From NCBI GenBank assembly GCA_036723985.1, contig DAIMGK010000005.1, positions 235 through 64,234 on the forward strand: a stretch of DNA of 64,000 bases. Reading direction: 5' to 3'. The translations under genes were made by a program, and so were the position numbers. Each line of letters begins with the position of its first letter. The first letter of the stretch is position 1. This DNA is from Flexilinea sp. Its GTDB lineage: Bacteria; Chloroflexota; Anaerolineae; Anaerolineales; Anaerolineaceae. This document shows, piece by piece, positions 9,281-17,457 of the stretch. The notes below the pieces were generated by a model. It did not search any database and was not told the origin of the DNA. It saw only the letters and a list, made by a program, of their open reading frames with translations.

Positions 9281-12200
9281 TTATCTGTCATTCATATTTC
9301 TGAAATAAAATCTTAACATTATTTTTTCTTTCCTCTTGATTCCATTTTGATTGATCGGTTCCCAGATAATATGGTATGGGGTTTTGTCGGGACACTCATA
9401 ATATCCATCACAACTGAACCCGATCTCAAGCCTTGTAAAGTCATCCATAAACCATATTTTCGGCGTCTTGCCAGAAAATGGTCCTTCATCAAAGAGCGTC
9501 ATCGTACGGTATTCGGATCCTTCCGGTTCATCATCATTAAAAGATACCATTTTATTATGAAATATTCCTTCGATAGAGCAGCTCCCCTTATTCTCCTTTT
9601 GGTCATAATCGCAGGAAAGTTCAGAAACAAGATGGTAGTAATTTGTATCATTATGATGTACATTGCCGGAATAATGATCATAGTCTATGTTGATGGGTGA
9701 GCTGATATGGCCGTCTTTTGTTACTGTTATTTTCATATCTTTCAGCGCCTTCTCAAAGGCCCTTCCGATCCCGCCTGTATTCTTATTCCAGTAGATATCT
9801 TCGAAGATGTAAACACCCTCCGGCTGTTTCACCGGCTTCTTCGTTGTACGTTCCAGTACAAGCGTTACGGTTTTATTATTTCCCTCTATCGCTTTCAGTT
9901 TGATTTCATCCGCTATCATTCCCTTCTTATAAGCCTCTTCATTTTCATAGACCAGCAGTTTTTTCGGGGTGCCTGCCATCAGGTAACCGTTTAATGTGCA
10001 GGTCATGAAAGTCGGGGCATTCATATCGGCGACCCAGGGATCCGACAGCTTATACAATACCGGATTTGCATCGAAAACGATGTACTTCCCGGCATACTCG
10101 GTCTCATTAAAGGTCAAATCCTGATGATTTTTATCCACAAGCCGGTAACTGATCTTACGGTTCATTTTTGTTTTTTGAGATTCCCAGCTTTGGATATTCT
10201 TTTTTTCGGCAGCGCTGAAACAGCTGTCGGAAAAATTCTTGAACAGGGTCGTTTTCTTCAGCTGATAAAGAACATCCCCGATGATCGTTTCTGACGTAAA
10301 TTGCGGATCGACATGGGGTTTGCCGAGGAGCACACAGCGGTCCCAGGCATACGCAAAGGATTCTTCGTCCATTTGTTTCAGATAGGATTCAAATTCCGGG
10401 AACCATTTTTCAGGCTCTTTTTTGTAAGTATCATTGATATATGTCAAAAGTCCCCGCCATCCCTGATAATACCATGAGTTGTATCCGGCAATATTTTTCC
10501 CCAATGGTAAAAAGTCGTCCCGGCTGCTGAGAAAAGCGGCTCTTTCCTTCTTGTATTTTTGATATATTTCCAAAAATTCTTCAGTGAAATAACTGTAAAA
10601 ATAATCACCGCCGTATTTGACCTGGATCCTGCTGTCGGGATCGGGGTTACCGGTAGGATCTCCTTTCTGGTTGCTTATCTTTCTGTCTATATACTCTATA
10701 TCAAATCCCAGGTCCATCGCTGTGATTTGATGCGTCTTTTTATTCCAGTACAGATGATTGTAAGGAGCGTTCCGATAAATAATATCGAAATCAGATAACG
10801 GTTTTTCCCGGATCGGGTCAAAATTACTGTCAACTGGATACACATTGTCAACGATCAGATTTTTAGCCAAAAGCACCGCGCCGGCAGCCAGAAGGATTTC
10901 GGGTTTTACAACAGCCGCCGGAATTAAGGTTAAGGAATTTATGCTGTTGAGAGCAAGTAATCCTGCCACGACATCCGGCCCTTTGAATAATCCCAGCGTT
11001 AATCCCAGATCCTGGTAATTTTTCGTGTACAGGTCTTTTGTCAGTCTTTTTCCCATTTCCGAAGAAGTCAAAAACAGGCTTGCGACCGTTAATCCGCCGC
11101 CGGCAAACTTAATACCCTCTTTCGCTGTCGGCAAACTGATATCGATCAACTTATCGGCAAACTCAACATCCGGAATGTCATCCAAATATTTCATGTAATC
11201 TGCCAGGGAAATGCTCAGAGAACCTGTATCCATGATATTTCCGATATTCCTGAAGGCTATTTCAAGGTAACCGTCTTTTTTATAAAGAGCGCTGCGGTCT
11301 TTGTCTGCCTGTTCTGCGATTTTTTTCAGATCCTTCAGAAGCCCTTCCAGTTCACTCCTGTTCTCTCCGACGCTGTGCTTGATTTGTTCAGCTGTCACAC
11401 TGAACCTGAGAAAACGGCTTTCCCGGCTGCTCAGCTCATCCGGGCCATCTTCTTCTAATCCCAGGAGAGATAAGAAGAAACCGATGGGGGAGAAATGATC
11501 AACATACGCGGTCACTGTCCTGTTTTCAGGATCTATATCATAAGCTACGTACTCCCAGCGTCCCAGGGCTTCGTTGTAGTGCTGCGGCATGATCGTTTTG
11601 TATGGATCCTGTCCGCCCAGGTCGCCATAAGGAACGGTCACAGCTGCAGGAAAATGGAATTCCTCCTGTCCCGATAGTTCCAGATCCCAGACATCTGCGG
11701 AAAAACCATTGGCTTCATCGATCCTGGAAGGAAGTTTACGGACGGTCAGTTCGGCGGTCTCCGAATCCAGACAGCCATCTCCAAATTCTATCGTGATCCC
11801 ATCCAGACGCGCAACGGGATCTTCTGCCGATACCCGGACTGTCACCGCCGGTGCGCTTGCGATCTCCTCCGCAGTGTAGGTGATGAGTGTCTCAACCCCG
11901 TATCCGTCCATCGCGTGATAGCCTGGAGATCCGGGGCCTTCCCCGGTGGCAAAATCTATACCCGGCTTCCCCGTGTGATATATGTCGCTTTCGTCATCAA
12001 ACGTTTCTTCCTCGTCGTTGTTCAGCAGCTCATATTTTTTTCCGTTTTCTCCATCATCGCCATTTATGGGATCCTCTGCATTCGGTGTGGATCGGGGGGT
12101 GACGGGTATTTGCGTGGGTTGCTGCGTGACGGATCCGATTTTTACGGACTTCAGAATTCCGGGTATGATGAACACGGCAGCGATAATGGCTGCTGCTACA

Positions 12201-12640
12201 GCGGCAATGACCGGAAGGCGTATGGGATTTCCGCTTTTCTTTTTATCAGGTTTTCCCGCATCGGCTCCAATCACCGGTACGCCGGCGGAAGTTTTTTCCT
12301 CTGAAGATTTGTAAGCGGGAATTGAAGATACCCGGTCCGGTGAAGTATCGGAAGTCAGCGGCTTTGGTATCGTATCAGATTTCTCTCCACCCGGAGCAGG
12401 TTCTTTCGGGTCCGGATGAATGGCATGATTCGTCGGTGATCCGCAATAGCGGCAGAATGACGCGCTTTCCCGGATTTGTTTCCCGCATTCAGGGCAGAAC
12501 TTCATCCCGGACGTTGTTTTCTCCCCCGGCTCCGCTTTGGCCTCAGGAGCAGAAATCGTATTAAACTTTGTGCCGCATTTTTTGCAGAACAGAGCGTCAT
12601 CATTCACTTTCAAACCGCATTTTCGACAGTATTTCGCCAT
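9281..12640 (-). CDS. large double zinc-ribbon, single-pass membrane protein with ~930-aa extracytoplasmic region of unknown function
   Basis: Two CxxC-N-CxxC ribbons (YCRKCG...FCKKCG; FCPECG...FCRYCG) and one TM (LPVIAAVAAAIIAAVFIIPGIL). Long uninterrupted ORF. The 3' third is visibly A+T-rich. Confidence 0.85.
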   Translation of the reverse strand: MAKYCRKCGLKVNDDALFCKKCGTKFNTISAPEAKAEPGEKTTSGMKFCPECGKQIRESASFCRYCGSPTNHAIHPDPKEPAPGGEKSDTIPKPLTSDTSPDRVSSIPAYKSSEEKTSAGVPVIGADAGKPDKKKSGNPIRLPVIAAVAAAIIAAVFIIPGILKSVKIGSVTQQPTQIPVTPRSTPNAEDPINGDDGENGKKYELLNNDEEETFDDESDIYHTGKPGIDFATGEGPGSPGYHAMDGYGVETLITYTAEEIASAPAVTVRVSAEDPVARLDGITIEFGDGCLDSETAELTVRKLPSRIDEANGFSADVWDLELSGQEEFHFPAAVTVPYGDLGGQDPYKTIMPQHYNEALGRWEYVAYDIDPENRTVTAYVDHFSPIGFFLSLLGLEEDGPDELSSRESRFLRFSVTAEQIKHSVGENRSELEGLLKDLKKIAEQADKDRSALYKKDGYLEIAFRNIGNIMDTGSLSISLADYMKYLDDIPDVEFADKLIDISLPTAKEGIKFAGGGLTVASLFLTSSEMGKRLTKDLYTKNYQDLGLTLGLFKGPDVVAGLLALNSINSLTLIPAAVVKPEILLAAGAVLLAKNLIVDNVYPVDSNFDPIREKPLSDFDIIYRNAPYNHLYWNKKTHQITAMDLGFDIEYIDRKISNQKGDPTGNPDPDSRIQVKYGGDYFYSYFTEEFLEIYQKYKKERAAFLSSRDDFLPLGKNIAGYNSWYYQGWRGLLTYINDTYKKEPEKWFPEFESYLKQMDEESFAYAWDRCVLLGKPHVDPQFTSETIIGDVLYQLKKTTLFKNFSDSCFSAAEKKNIQSWESQKTKMNRKISYRLVDKNHQDLTFNETEYAGKYIVFDANPVLYKLSDPWVADMNAPTFMTCTLNGYLMAGTPKKLLVYENEEAYKKGMIADEIKLKAIEGNNKTVTLVLERTTKKPVKQPEGVYIFEDIYWNKNTGGIGRAFEKALKDMKITVTKDGHISSPINIDYDHYSGNVHHNDTNYYHLVSELSCDYDQKENKGSCSIEGIFHNKMVSFNDDEPEGSEYRTMTLFDEGPFSGKTPKIWFMDDFTRLEIGFSCDGYYECPDKTPYHIIWEPINQNGIKRKEKIMLRFYFRNMNDR

Positions 12641-12660
12641 GTTCCCCCATGTAAAATAGT

Positions 12661-12716
12661 TATCAGGTATCAGGTTGGGACCGGGATTCAGGAATCAGGA
12701 TGCAGGATTCAGAATA
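12661..12716. repeat. period-7 tandem array (CAGGATT-like x8)
   Basis: tatcagg tatcagg ttgggac cgggatt caggaat caggatg caggatt cagaata. This is the same unit family as 63164-63198 and the reverse complement of the CTCTGAA family. Confidence 0.85.
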
Positions 12717-12770
12717 TAAGGCGCCGCTTCGCGGCTTCTGTATTGTCCTGTCTGCCAGAGAATTTCTTAC

Positions 12771-12805
12771 ATCTCAACTCTGAACTCTGAACTTTGAACT
12801 CTGAA
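12771..12805. repeat. period-7 tandem array (CTCTGAA-like x5)
   Basis: atctcaa ctctgaa ctctgaa ctttgaa ctctgaa, ending directly against the stop codon (tta 12806-12808) of the 12806-14116 gene. Confidence 0.9.
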
Positions 12806-14116
12806 TTACGGCCTTACCATGAAGACAGCGCCTTTAATGCCGTCCGGCCAGTACAGAGTTCCGACCGCGTATTCTTTACCGTTCAGGTAGTAGAATTCTG
12901 TCATTTCAACCATTCCGGGACCGGTCAATTCCATTTTCCCGTTATTCCAGGTACCGGGAAAAATTGAATCCGGTGAAAAGTCCTGATTGACCTCTTTTGT
13001 ATTCCTGTTATACACATAATACCAGTGGAATGTGATCTGTGTGCCGCGCTGACCGAAGTCTACGTTCGCGCTGCACATCCGCTCCATGCCGGGCCCGAAG
13101 CGGTTGTCGGGATCATCCACAATATAAACCTTCCATCCGCCGAAGACCTCCGGAATTTCATTCAGCCGGACCCTGCCGCCGGGCAGATTTCCGTAAAGGA
13201 TCTCTTCGGTGACCCACAGAAAATCCTCCTGCCGGGGATGTTCCGATGTCTGGAAATTCTCATAATCAAGATCCTGCGGACGGATCGGGGCTGCTGTAGA
13301 AAAGACGGGTGCCGGGGTATTTGTCGGGAATACAAAGGGAATCGCCGTTGCCGCCGTTGCTGCATTGGGGACCGATGTCGCAGGAGCGAATACCGGCGGC
13401 AGTGTAGTCGGTCTCTGATCAATTACGGGAACCGGTGTATCAGTTGATCGTACAGCGATTTGATACGGGGTGGACCGTCCCTCTTCTGTCGTAACAGGAG
13501 TCGGAACAAGATTAGCGGTCCCATCGCGGCTGTCCCACCATTCCCGAAGTTTACTCTCATACCACCAGTCACGGATCCTGCTGTCATACCACATATCACG
13601 AAGGCCGCTGTCTTCCCACCAGTCAGTGACTTTATATCCGTACCGCGGCCGGAGGAAATAGCCGGCGGCTGCCAGCAGAATGAGAATGATGATCAGAATG
13701 GGAGAACAGCCGGATTTTTTCTTTTTTTCTTTGAGTTTCGGAGAAGTTGTTCGGGAAGGGGCGGGAGCCGGAGGGATATTCGGCTCTTTTACCCGTGCGG
13801 CTTCCGCGGCAGCCGGTTCTCCGGACAGTTTTTTTCCGCACTTTTCACAGAAAACGGCATCGTTTTCCTGCTTTGTTCCGCAGTAAGGGCATAGCCGTGT
13901 CTCCGGTTCCGGCGGTAACGGTTTCACGGTCGGATCTTGTTTCGGCAGCTCTCTGCCGCATTTTTCACAAAAAACGGAATCCGCCTCCAGCCTGCTTCCG
14001 CAATACGGACAGCTGTCCATGACGTGTTCATGCACCGCTTCCGGCTGTTTTTTCCCGCATCCCGGACAGAATTTCGAACCGTCCGGTATAGTCTTGCCGC
14101 AGAATTCGCAGTGCAT
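12806..14116 (-). CDS. triple zinc-ribbon, single-pass membrane protein with Pro/Thr-rich linker and C-terminal '...VRP' domain
   Basis: Three CxxC...CxxC ribbons (CEFCG..CPGCG, CPYCG..CEKCG, CPYCG..CEKCG), TM ILIIILILLAAAGYF, GAGGTGAG RBS. The C-terminus is related to the 6867-7499 protein. Confidence 0.8.
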   Translation of the reverse strand: MHCEFCGKTIPDGSKFCPGCGKKQPEAVHEHVMDSCPYCGSRLEADSVFCEKCGRELPKQDPTVKPLPPEPETRLCPYCGTKQENDAVFCEKCGKKLSGEPAAAEAARVKEPNIPPAPAPSRTTSPKLKEKKKKSGCSPILIIILILLAAAGYFLRPRYGYKVTDWWEDSGLRDMWYDSRIRDWWYESKLREWWDSRDGTANLVPTPVTTEEGRSTPYQIAVRSTDTPVPVIDQRPTTLPPVFAPATSVPNAATAATAIPFVFPTNTPAPVFSTAAPIRPQDLDYENFQTSEHPRQEDFLWVTEEILYGNLPGGRVRLNEIPEVFGGWKVYIVDDPDNRFGPGMERMCSANVDFGQRGTQITFHWYYVYNRNTKEVNQDFSPDSIFPGTWNNGKMELTGPGMVEMTEFYYLNGKEYAVGTLYWPDGIKGAVFMVRP

Positions 14117-14460
14117 ATACTCACCTCGTTTCTAATTTGAAAACCCGAAACATTTCGGCTATCCGTTTTCCATGACTTTCGGATCTATTCCCGGATCCAT
14201 ACGCAGAATGGCAGAAAAAATGCTGTGAACATCTCTCCAGGGCGCTCTGCTGAATTAGATCAGAGTCAGCAAAAACTGTCCCACTCCTGAATAACAGTCA
14301 ATGATTGTTCAAATAAGAACTCTTATATGATTCCATTATATCAAATAATCCGATGCAAAGAAGCTTTCCTGAAAATGTCCGCAAAGTACAGAACTCTAAG
14401 TTATTGCGGGGTCCGGGGCGGTGCCGGTTTCCGGCGAACAGAGCCGGACTTAATTAATAG

Positions 14461-14506
14461 AAAACGGTCACGGCAGGGATCATTGATTTCCCGCCATGAC
14501 CGTTTT
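14461..14506 (-). terminator. intrinsic terminator of the DHH phosphoesterase gene
   Basis: Minus-strand RNA acggtcatggcgggaaa...tccctgccgtgaccgt forms a stem with two G-U pairs on that strand only, followed by uuuucuauu. It lies about 20 nt after the stop at 14526. Confidence 0.65.
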
Positions 14507-14525
14507 ACATACAGGATGCAGGTGT

Positions 14526-15728
14526 TTATTCTCCTGGATGAGCGGCCAGAACATCCGAAATTGCCGGGACGAGGACCTGTTTGCGGCCAATCCCCGGTTT
14601 CAGGACAAAGGATGTCCCGTCAAATACAGCCCTGTCCTCAAAAGCCGTTTGAAGCACTTCCTTCGCGTAGTCATCGGATGGCACCAGATAAGTGATCGAC
14701 AGATCATCGTGGAAAATGGAGACCTGAGCGACGGCTATATCCATTCCGGTGGAGGGAAGTGTTCCCGGCAGGACTGCTTTCATGCGTTCTGCCATCTGTT
14801 TCGCCTCTTCTTCATCATAGACATTGACGACTCCGATGGAAAACTTTTTCCCGCCGCTTTCATATTCCTTATAATCGCTCAGGAAGATCTCTTCATCGGT
14901 TTTTCCTTCATAAGAAAGGGTTGCCTTGAACATATTCTGATAGAATGCGTTCGTATCATCAATACCGGCGGTTTCGCTCAATATTCTGACAGCTTCCCGA
15001 TCCGCGGACGTGGCGGAGCTTTTCATGTTTACCGTGTCGGATAAGATCCCGCCGAGCATCAAAACAGCCATCTGTTTATTGACTTCCACACCATAATTCC
15101 GGTAACGGATCCATACGATCGTGGAAGACGCTCCGAGAGGACGTGCGTCATAGATCATGCGGTTGTTTGATATCGCGTTTCCGCTCCCATGATGGTCGAT
15201 AATCGTAACGATATTTGCGTCATTCAATCCTTCGGCTGATTGAATATACTCATTGTGATCTATCAGGACCATGTTCAGTCCGGCGGCACTTTCAAGCTGC
15301 ATGGGCACTTCAACATCGGCAGCATCCAGTATGAAAGCGGTCTCTTTGTTTACCGGTCCCAATACGACCGCGTTGGCATCATATCCGAGTTCCCTCAGCA
15401 GATTCGCATAGGCAATGGAACCGCAGACCGTATCGGTGTCCGGAGTTTTGTGGCCGGTGACGTAGATCGGTCCTTCAATTTCTCCCAGACCTTCCAGGTC
15501 ACTGCGGTCCAAAAGGATATCTAATTCCTGATCCGCTTTGGCCTTTGCCAGATCTGCTTCATATTCATCCCGTGCTGTCAGGCAGGAATCCAGTTCTTCT
15601 TTATGGCCCGCATGTTCAGCTTCGATCACGGTTTTTGCCTTAGACTCCGCCGAATTTTTACCGCAGAAGTATCCTCCTGCGGCAGCGGCTATGACCAGTA
15701 AACAGACTATCCATCGGTTTTTCTTCAT
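14526..15728 (-). CDS. DHH/DHHA2 phosphoesterase, family-II inorganic pyrophosphatase-like, with N-terminal membrane anchor/signal
   Basis: PpaC-like motifs GHKTPDTDTVCGSIAYA, VLIDHNE, IIDHHG, ILSDTVNMKSSATS, plus a DHHA2-like C-terminus. N-terminus MKKNRWIVCLLVIAAAAGGYFCGKN. AAGGAGAG RBS. Confidence 0.85.
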   Translation of the reverse strand: MKKNRWIVCLLVIAAAAGGYFCGKNSAESKAKTVIEAEHAGHKEELDSCLTARDEYEADLAKAKADQELDILLDRSDLEGLGEIEGPIYVTGHKTPDTDTVCGSIAYANLLRELGYDANAVVLGPVNKETAFILDAADVEVPMQLESAAGLNMVLIDHNEYIQSAEGLNDANIVTIIDHHGSGNAISNNRMIYDARPLGASSTIVWIRYRNYGVEVNKQMAVLMLGGILSDTVNMKSSATSADREAVRILSETAGIDDTNAFYQNMFKATLSYEGKTDEEIFLSDYKEYESGGKKFSIGVVNVYDEEEAKQMAERMKAVLPGTLPSTGMDIAVAQVSIFHDDLSITYLVPSDDYAKEVLQTAFEDRAVFDGTSFVLKPGIGRKQVLVPAISDVLAAHPGE

Positions 15729-15763
15729 GAATTATCTCTCCTTATATAAATCCGGTATATAAA

Positions 15764-15805
15764 GACTGTCACCTTCGACTCATTTCTGATTCTGCGGTGA
15801 CAGTC
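15764..15805. repeat. nested hairpin element (H7)
   Basis: Perfect 10-bp stem gactgtcacc/ggtgacagtc. The loop contains gactc-atttct-gattc and the 11-mer cttcgactcat, which also occurs at 27695-27705. Confidence 0.7.
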
Positions 15806-15832
15806 ACGTTGATCCGGTTTGTTTATTGTCTG

Positions 15833-17197
15833 CTAATCGACCAAAGCCTCTGCCGGAACAGGTACTTCTGTTTCAGCGGTGCCGGAGGGTCCGAATTCTT
15901 CAATGAGTTCGTCATAAGCAGCGATTGCCTGATCAAAACGTTCCAGAAGTTCATCTTCGGGATAAAGGCCGTCCGGATTCTGTTCCAGACCGTTGAAAGC
16001 AAAATGGAACATGGCCGGCGGATTTTTCAGGTTCAGCAGGGAAAGGCTCCGCAGCTGTTCCGGCGTCTGGTAGACCAGGTCAAGCGACCAGAAAGCGTTT
16101 CCATCGGCATCCAGCCATTTGCTGAGTACCAGCTTGGAGCCGATCGGGGTCTTCTTTTCGATAGCACCCGGCAGGTCATATTCGACCACATCCAGTGCAG
16201 AAAGGACACTGCCAAGGTTGGAATCATGCCCGCAGAGGAAGGTGAAAACCCTTCCGTCCGTTGTCATTTCGGACCGGATCTCCTGAAGGAGCGGATGGGC
16301 AACATTTTTGGCAACCAGCGGTGCGGTGAATAAAACATCCCCGTACAGATCTTTGATCTCAGAGATCTCTTTCCATTCTTTGATCGTCAGGTCATGCCCG
16401 AAGGCGGCCTTTTTCGCGTAAGGTTCTTCATAATACTGCAGGACCAGCGCGTCGCTCACAGAACAGGCGGTCTTCAGAGAGCCTGTGATAGCGGGTTCAG
16501 CGCCTTCTTCAAGAATGATCCCGGTATCATCGACCTTAAAAAAGCCGGCATTCCCTTCCTGAAAAGCTTTTGAGTCGATCAGATCGATCACATCCGTGAG
16601 CAGCGCGTAATTATCCGCGAGTTCGTTGATTTTTTCCGTAAACATAGCTCGGATCTGAGCTTCAGCGTATTCTTTATAAACATCGGAGATGAAGGTCAGA
16701 TTCGGGGAAAATACCGGATCCATTGTATCGAAATCCACATGGTATTCGATGGACATATTCGCTGTAGGCAGCAGTCCGGCGGTGAAATACTGAGCCGTCG
16801 CGATGGTCCGCTGTTTGGAGTTCGCGTAAATGCGGACTTCCGGTGCTTCCGGATGATAATTTTCCGGGAAAAGCCCTTCCGATTCCAGCCATTTCCGGAA
16901 ATATTCTCCCATTTCTGTTTCCAGCACACCGCCCCGCAGGGAAAGTTCGCTGGGTTTGGAAGACCAGTTGAACCATTTATGCGGCGTGATCGTACCCAGC
17001 ACGGAATCACCGCCGCTCAATGGGGAACGGATGTTGTGCCTGCTGAGCACGACTGCCTGCTCCAGTGTGTAGCCATCATGAGACAAAGACTGTACGGCTC
17101 CCTGCGCGCCCGCGGAAAGAACTGCCGCAAATACAAGCAGCAGAGCGGCTGTGAAGATCACAACTCTCATTTGATTCGGTCTATAGTTTCTCATCAT
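15833..17197 (-). CDS. secreted histidine acid phosphatase (branch-2 histidine phosphatase; phytase/glucose-1-phosphatase-like)
   Basis: RHNIRSP (RHGxRxP motif) and CGHDSNL (HD motif). Signal peptide VIFTAALLLVFAAVLSAGA. I chose the start at MMRNY (17197), downstream of AAAGGAGG. Confidence 0.85.
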   Translation of the reverse strand: MMRNYRPNQMRVVIFTAALLLVFAAVLSAGAQGAVQSLSHDGYTLEQAVVLSRHNIRSPLSGGDSVLGTITPHKWFNWSSKPSELSLRGGVLETEMGEYFRKWLESEGLFPENYHPEAPEVRIYANSKQRTIATAQYFTAGLLPTANMSIEYHVDFDTMDPVFSPNLTFISDVYKEYAEAQIRAMFTEKINELADNYALLTDVIDLIDSKAFQEGNAGFFKVDDTGIILEEGAEPAITGSLKTACSVSDALVLQYYEEPYAKKAAFGHDLTIKEWKEISEIKDLYGDVLFTAPLVAKNVAHPLLQEIRSEMTTDGRVFTFLCGHDSNLGSVLSALDVVEYDLPGAIEKKTPIGSKLVLSKWLDADGNAFWSLDLVYQTPEQLRSLSLLNLKNPPAMFHFAFNGLEQNPDGLYPEDELLERFDQAIAAYDELIEEFGPSGTAETEVPVPAEALVD

Positions 17198-17375
17198 AAT
17201 TATCAAAGACCTCCTTTTCCATCTGAATTTGACATTATTCAAAATTATTATACACTATCTTTTCAGTTGTTATTTGGAATCCGCTAAATATCTGTTCCGT
17301 TTCTTCGTACTGTTGTGGAAGCCATCTTCAGCTCGATGCTGAACCGATGGTGAGTGTCACAAACAATTCATTGAC

Positions 17376-17431
17376 AAAAAACGGGGACATCCCCCGGCGG
17401 CTCTGCGCAGAGCCCCGTGAAAGATGTCCCC
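17376..17431 (-). terminator. intrinsic terminator of the M4 protease gene (GGGGAC...GTCCCC family, H12)
   Basis: 9-bp outer stem ggggacatc/gatgtcccc plus inner stem ggctct-gcgc-agagcc. On the minus strand it is followed by six U (A-run 17376-17381). Confidence 0.75.
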
Positions 17432-17457
17432 ATACTCGTTCTGAACAGATATGATTT

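Noticed and set aside
17322-17350. Hairpin ccatcttcagc-tcgat-gctgaa-cc-gatgg as a member of the nested GGGGAC hairpin family, or as a terminator.
   Set aside because: It lacks the GAC...GTC outer stem and the GAGCC inner stem, and has no U-tract on either side. It is probably just a local 5'-UTR or spacer structure.
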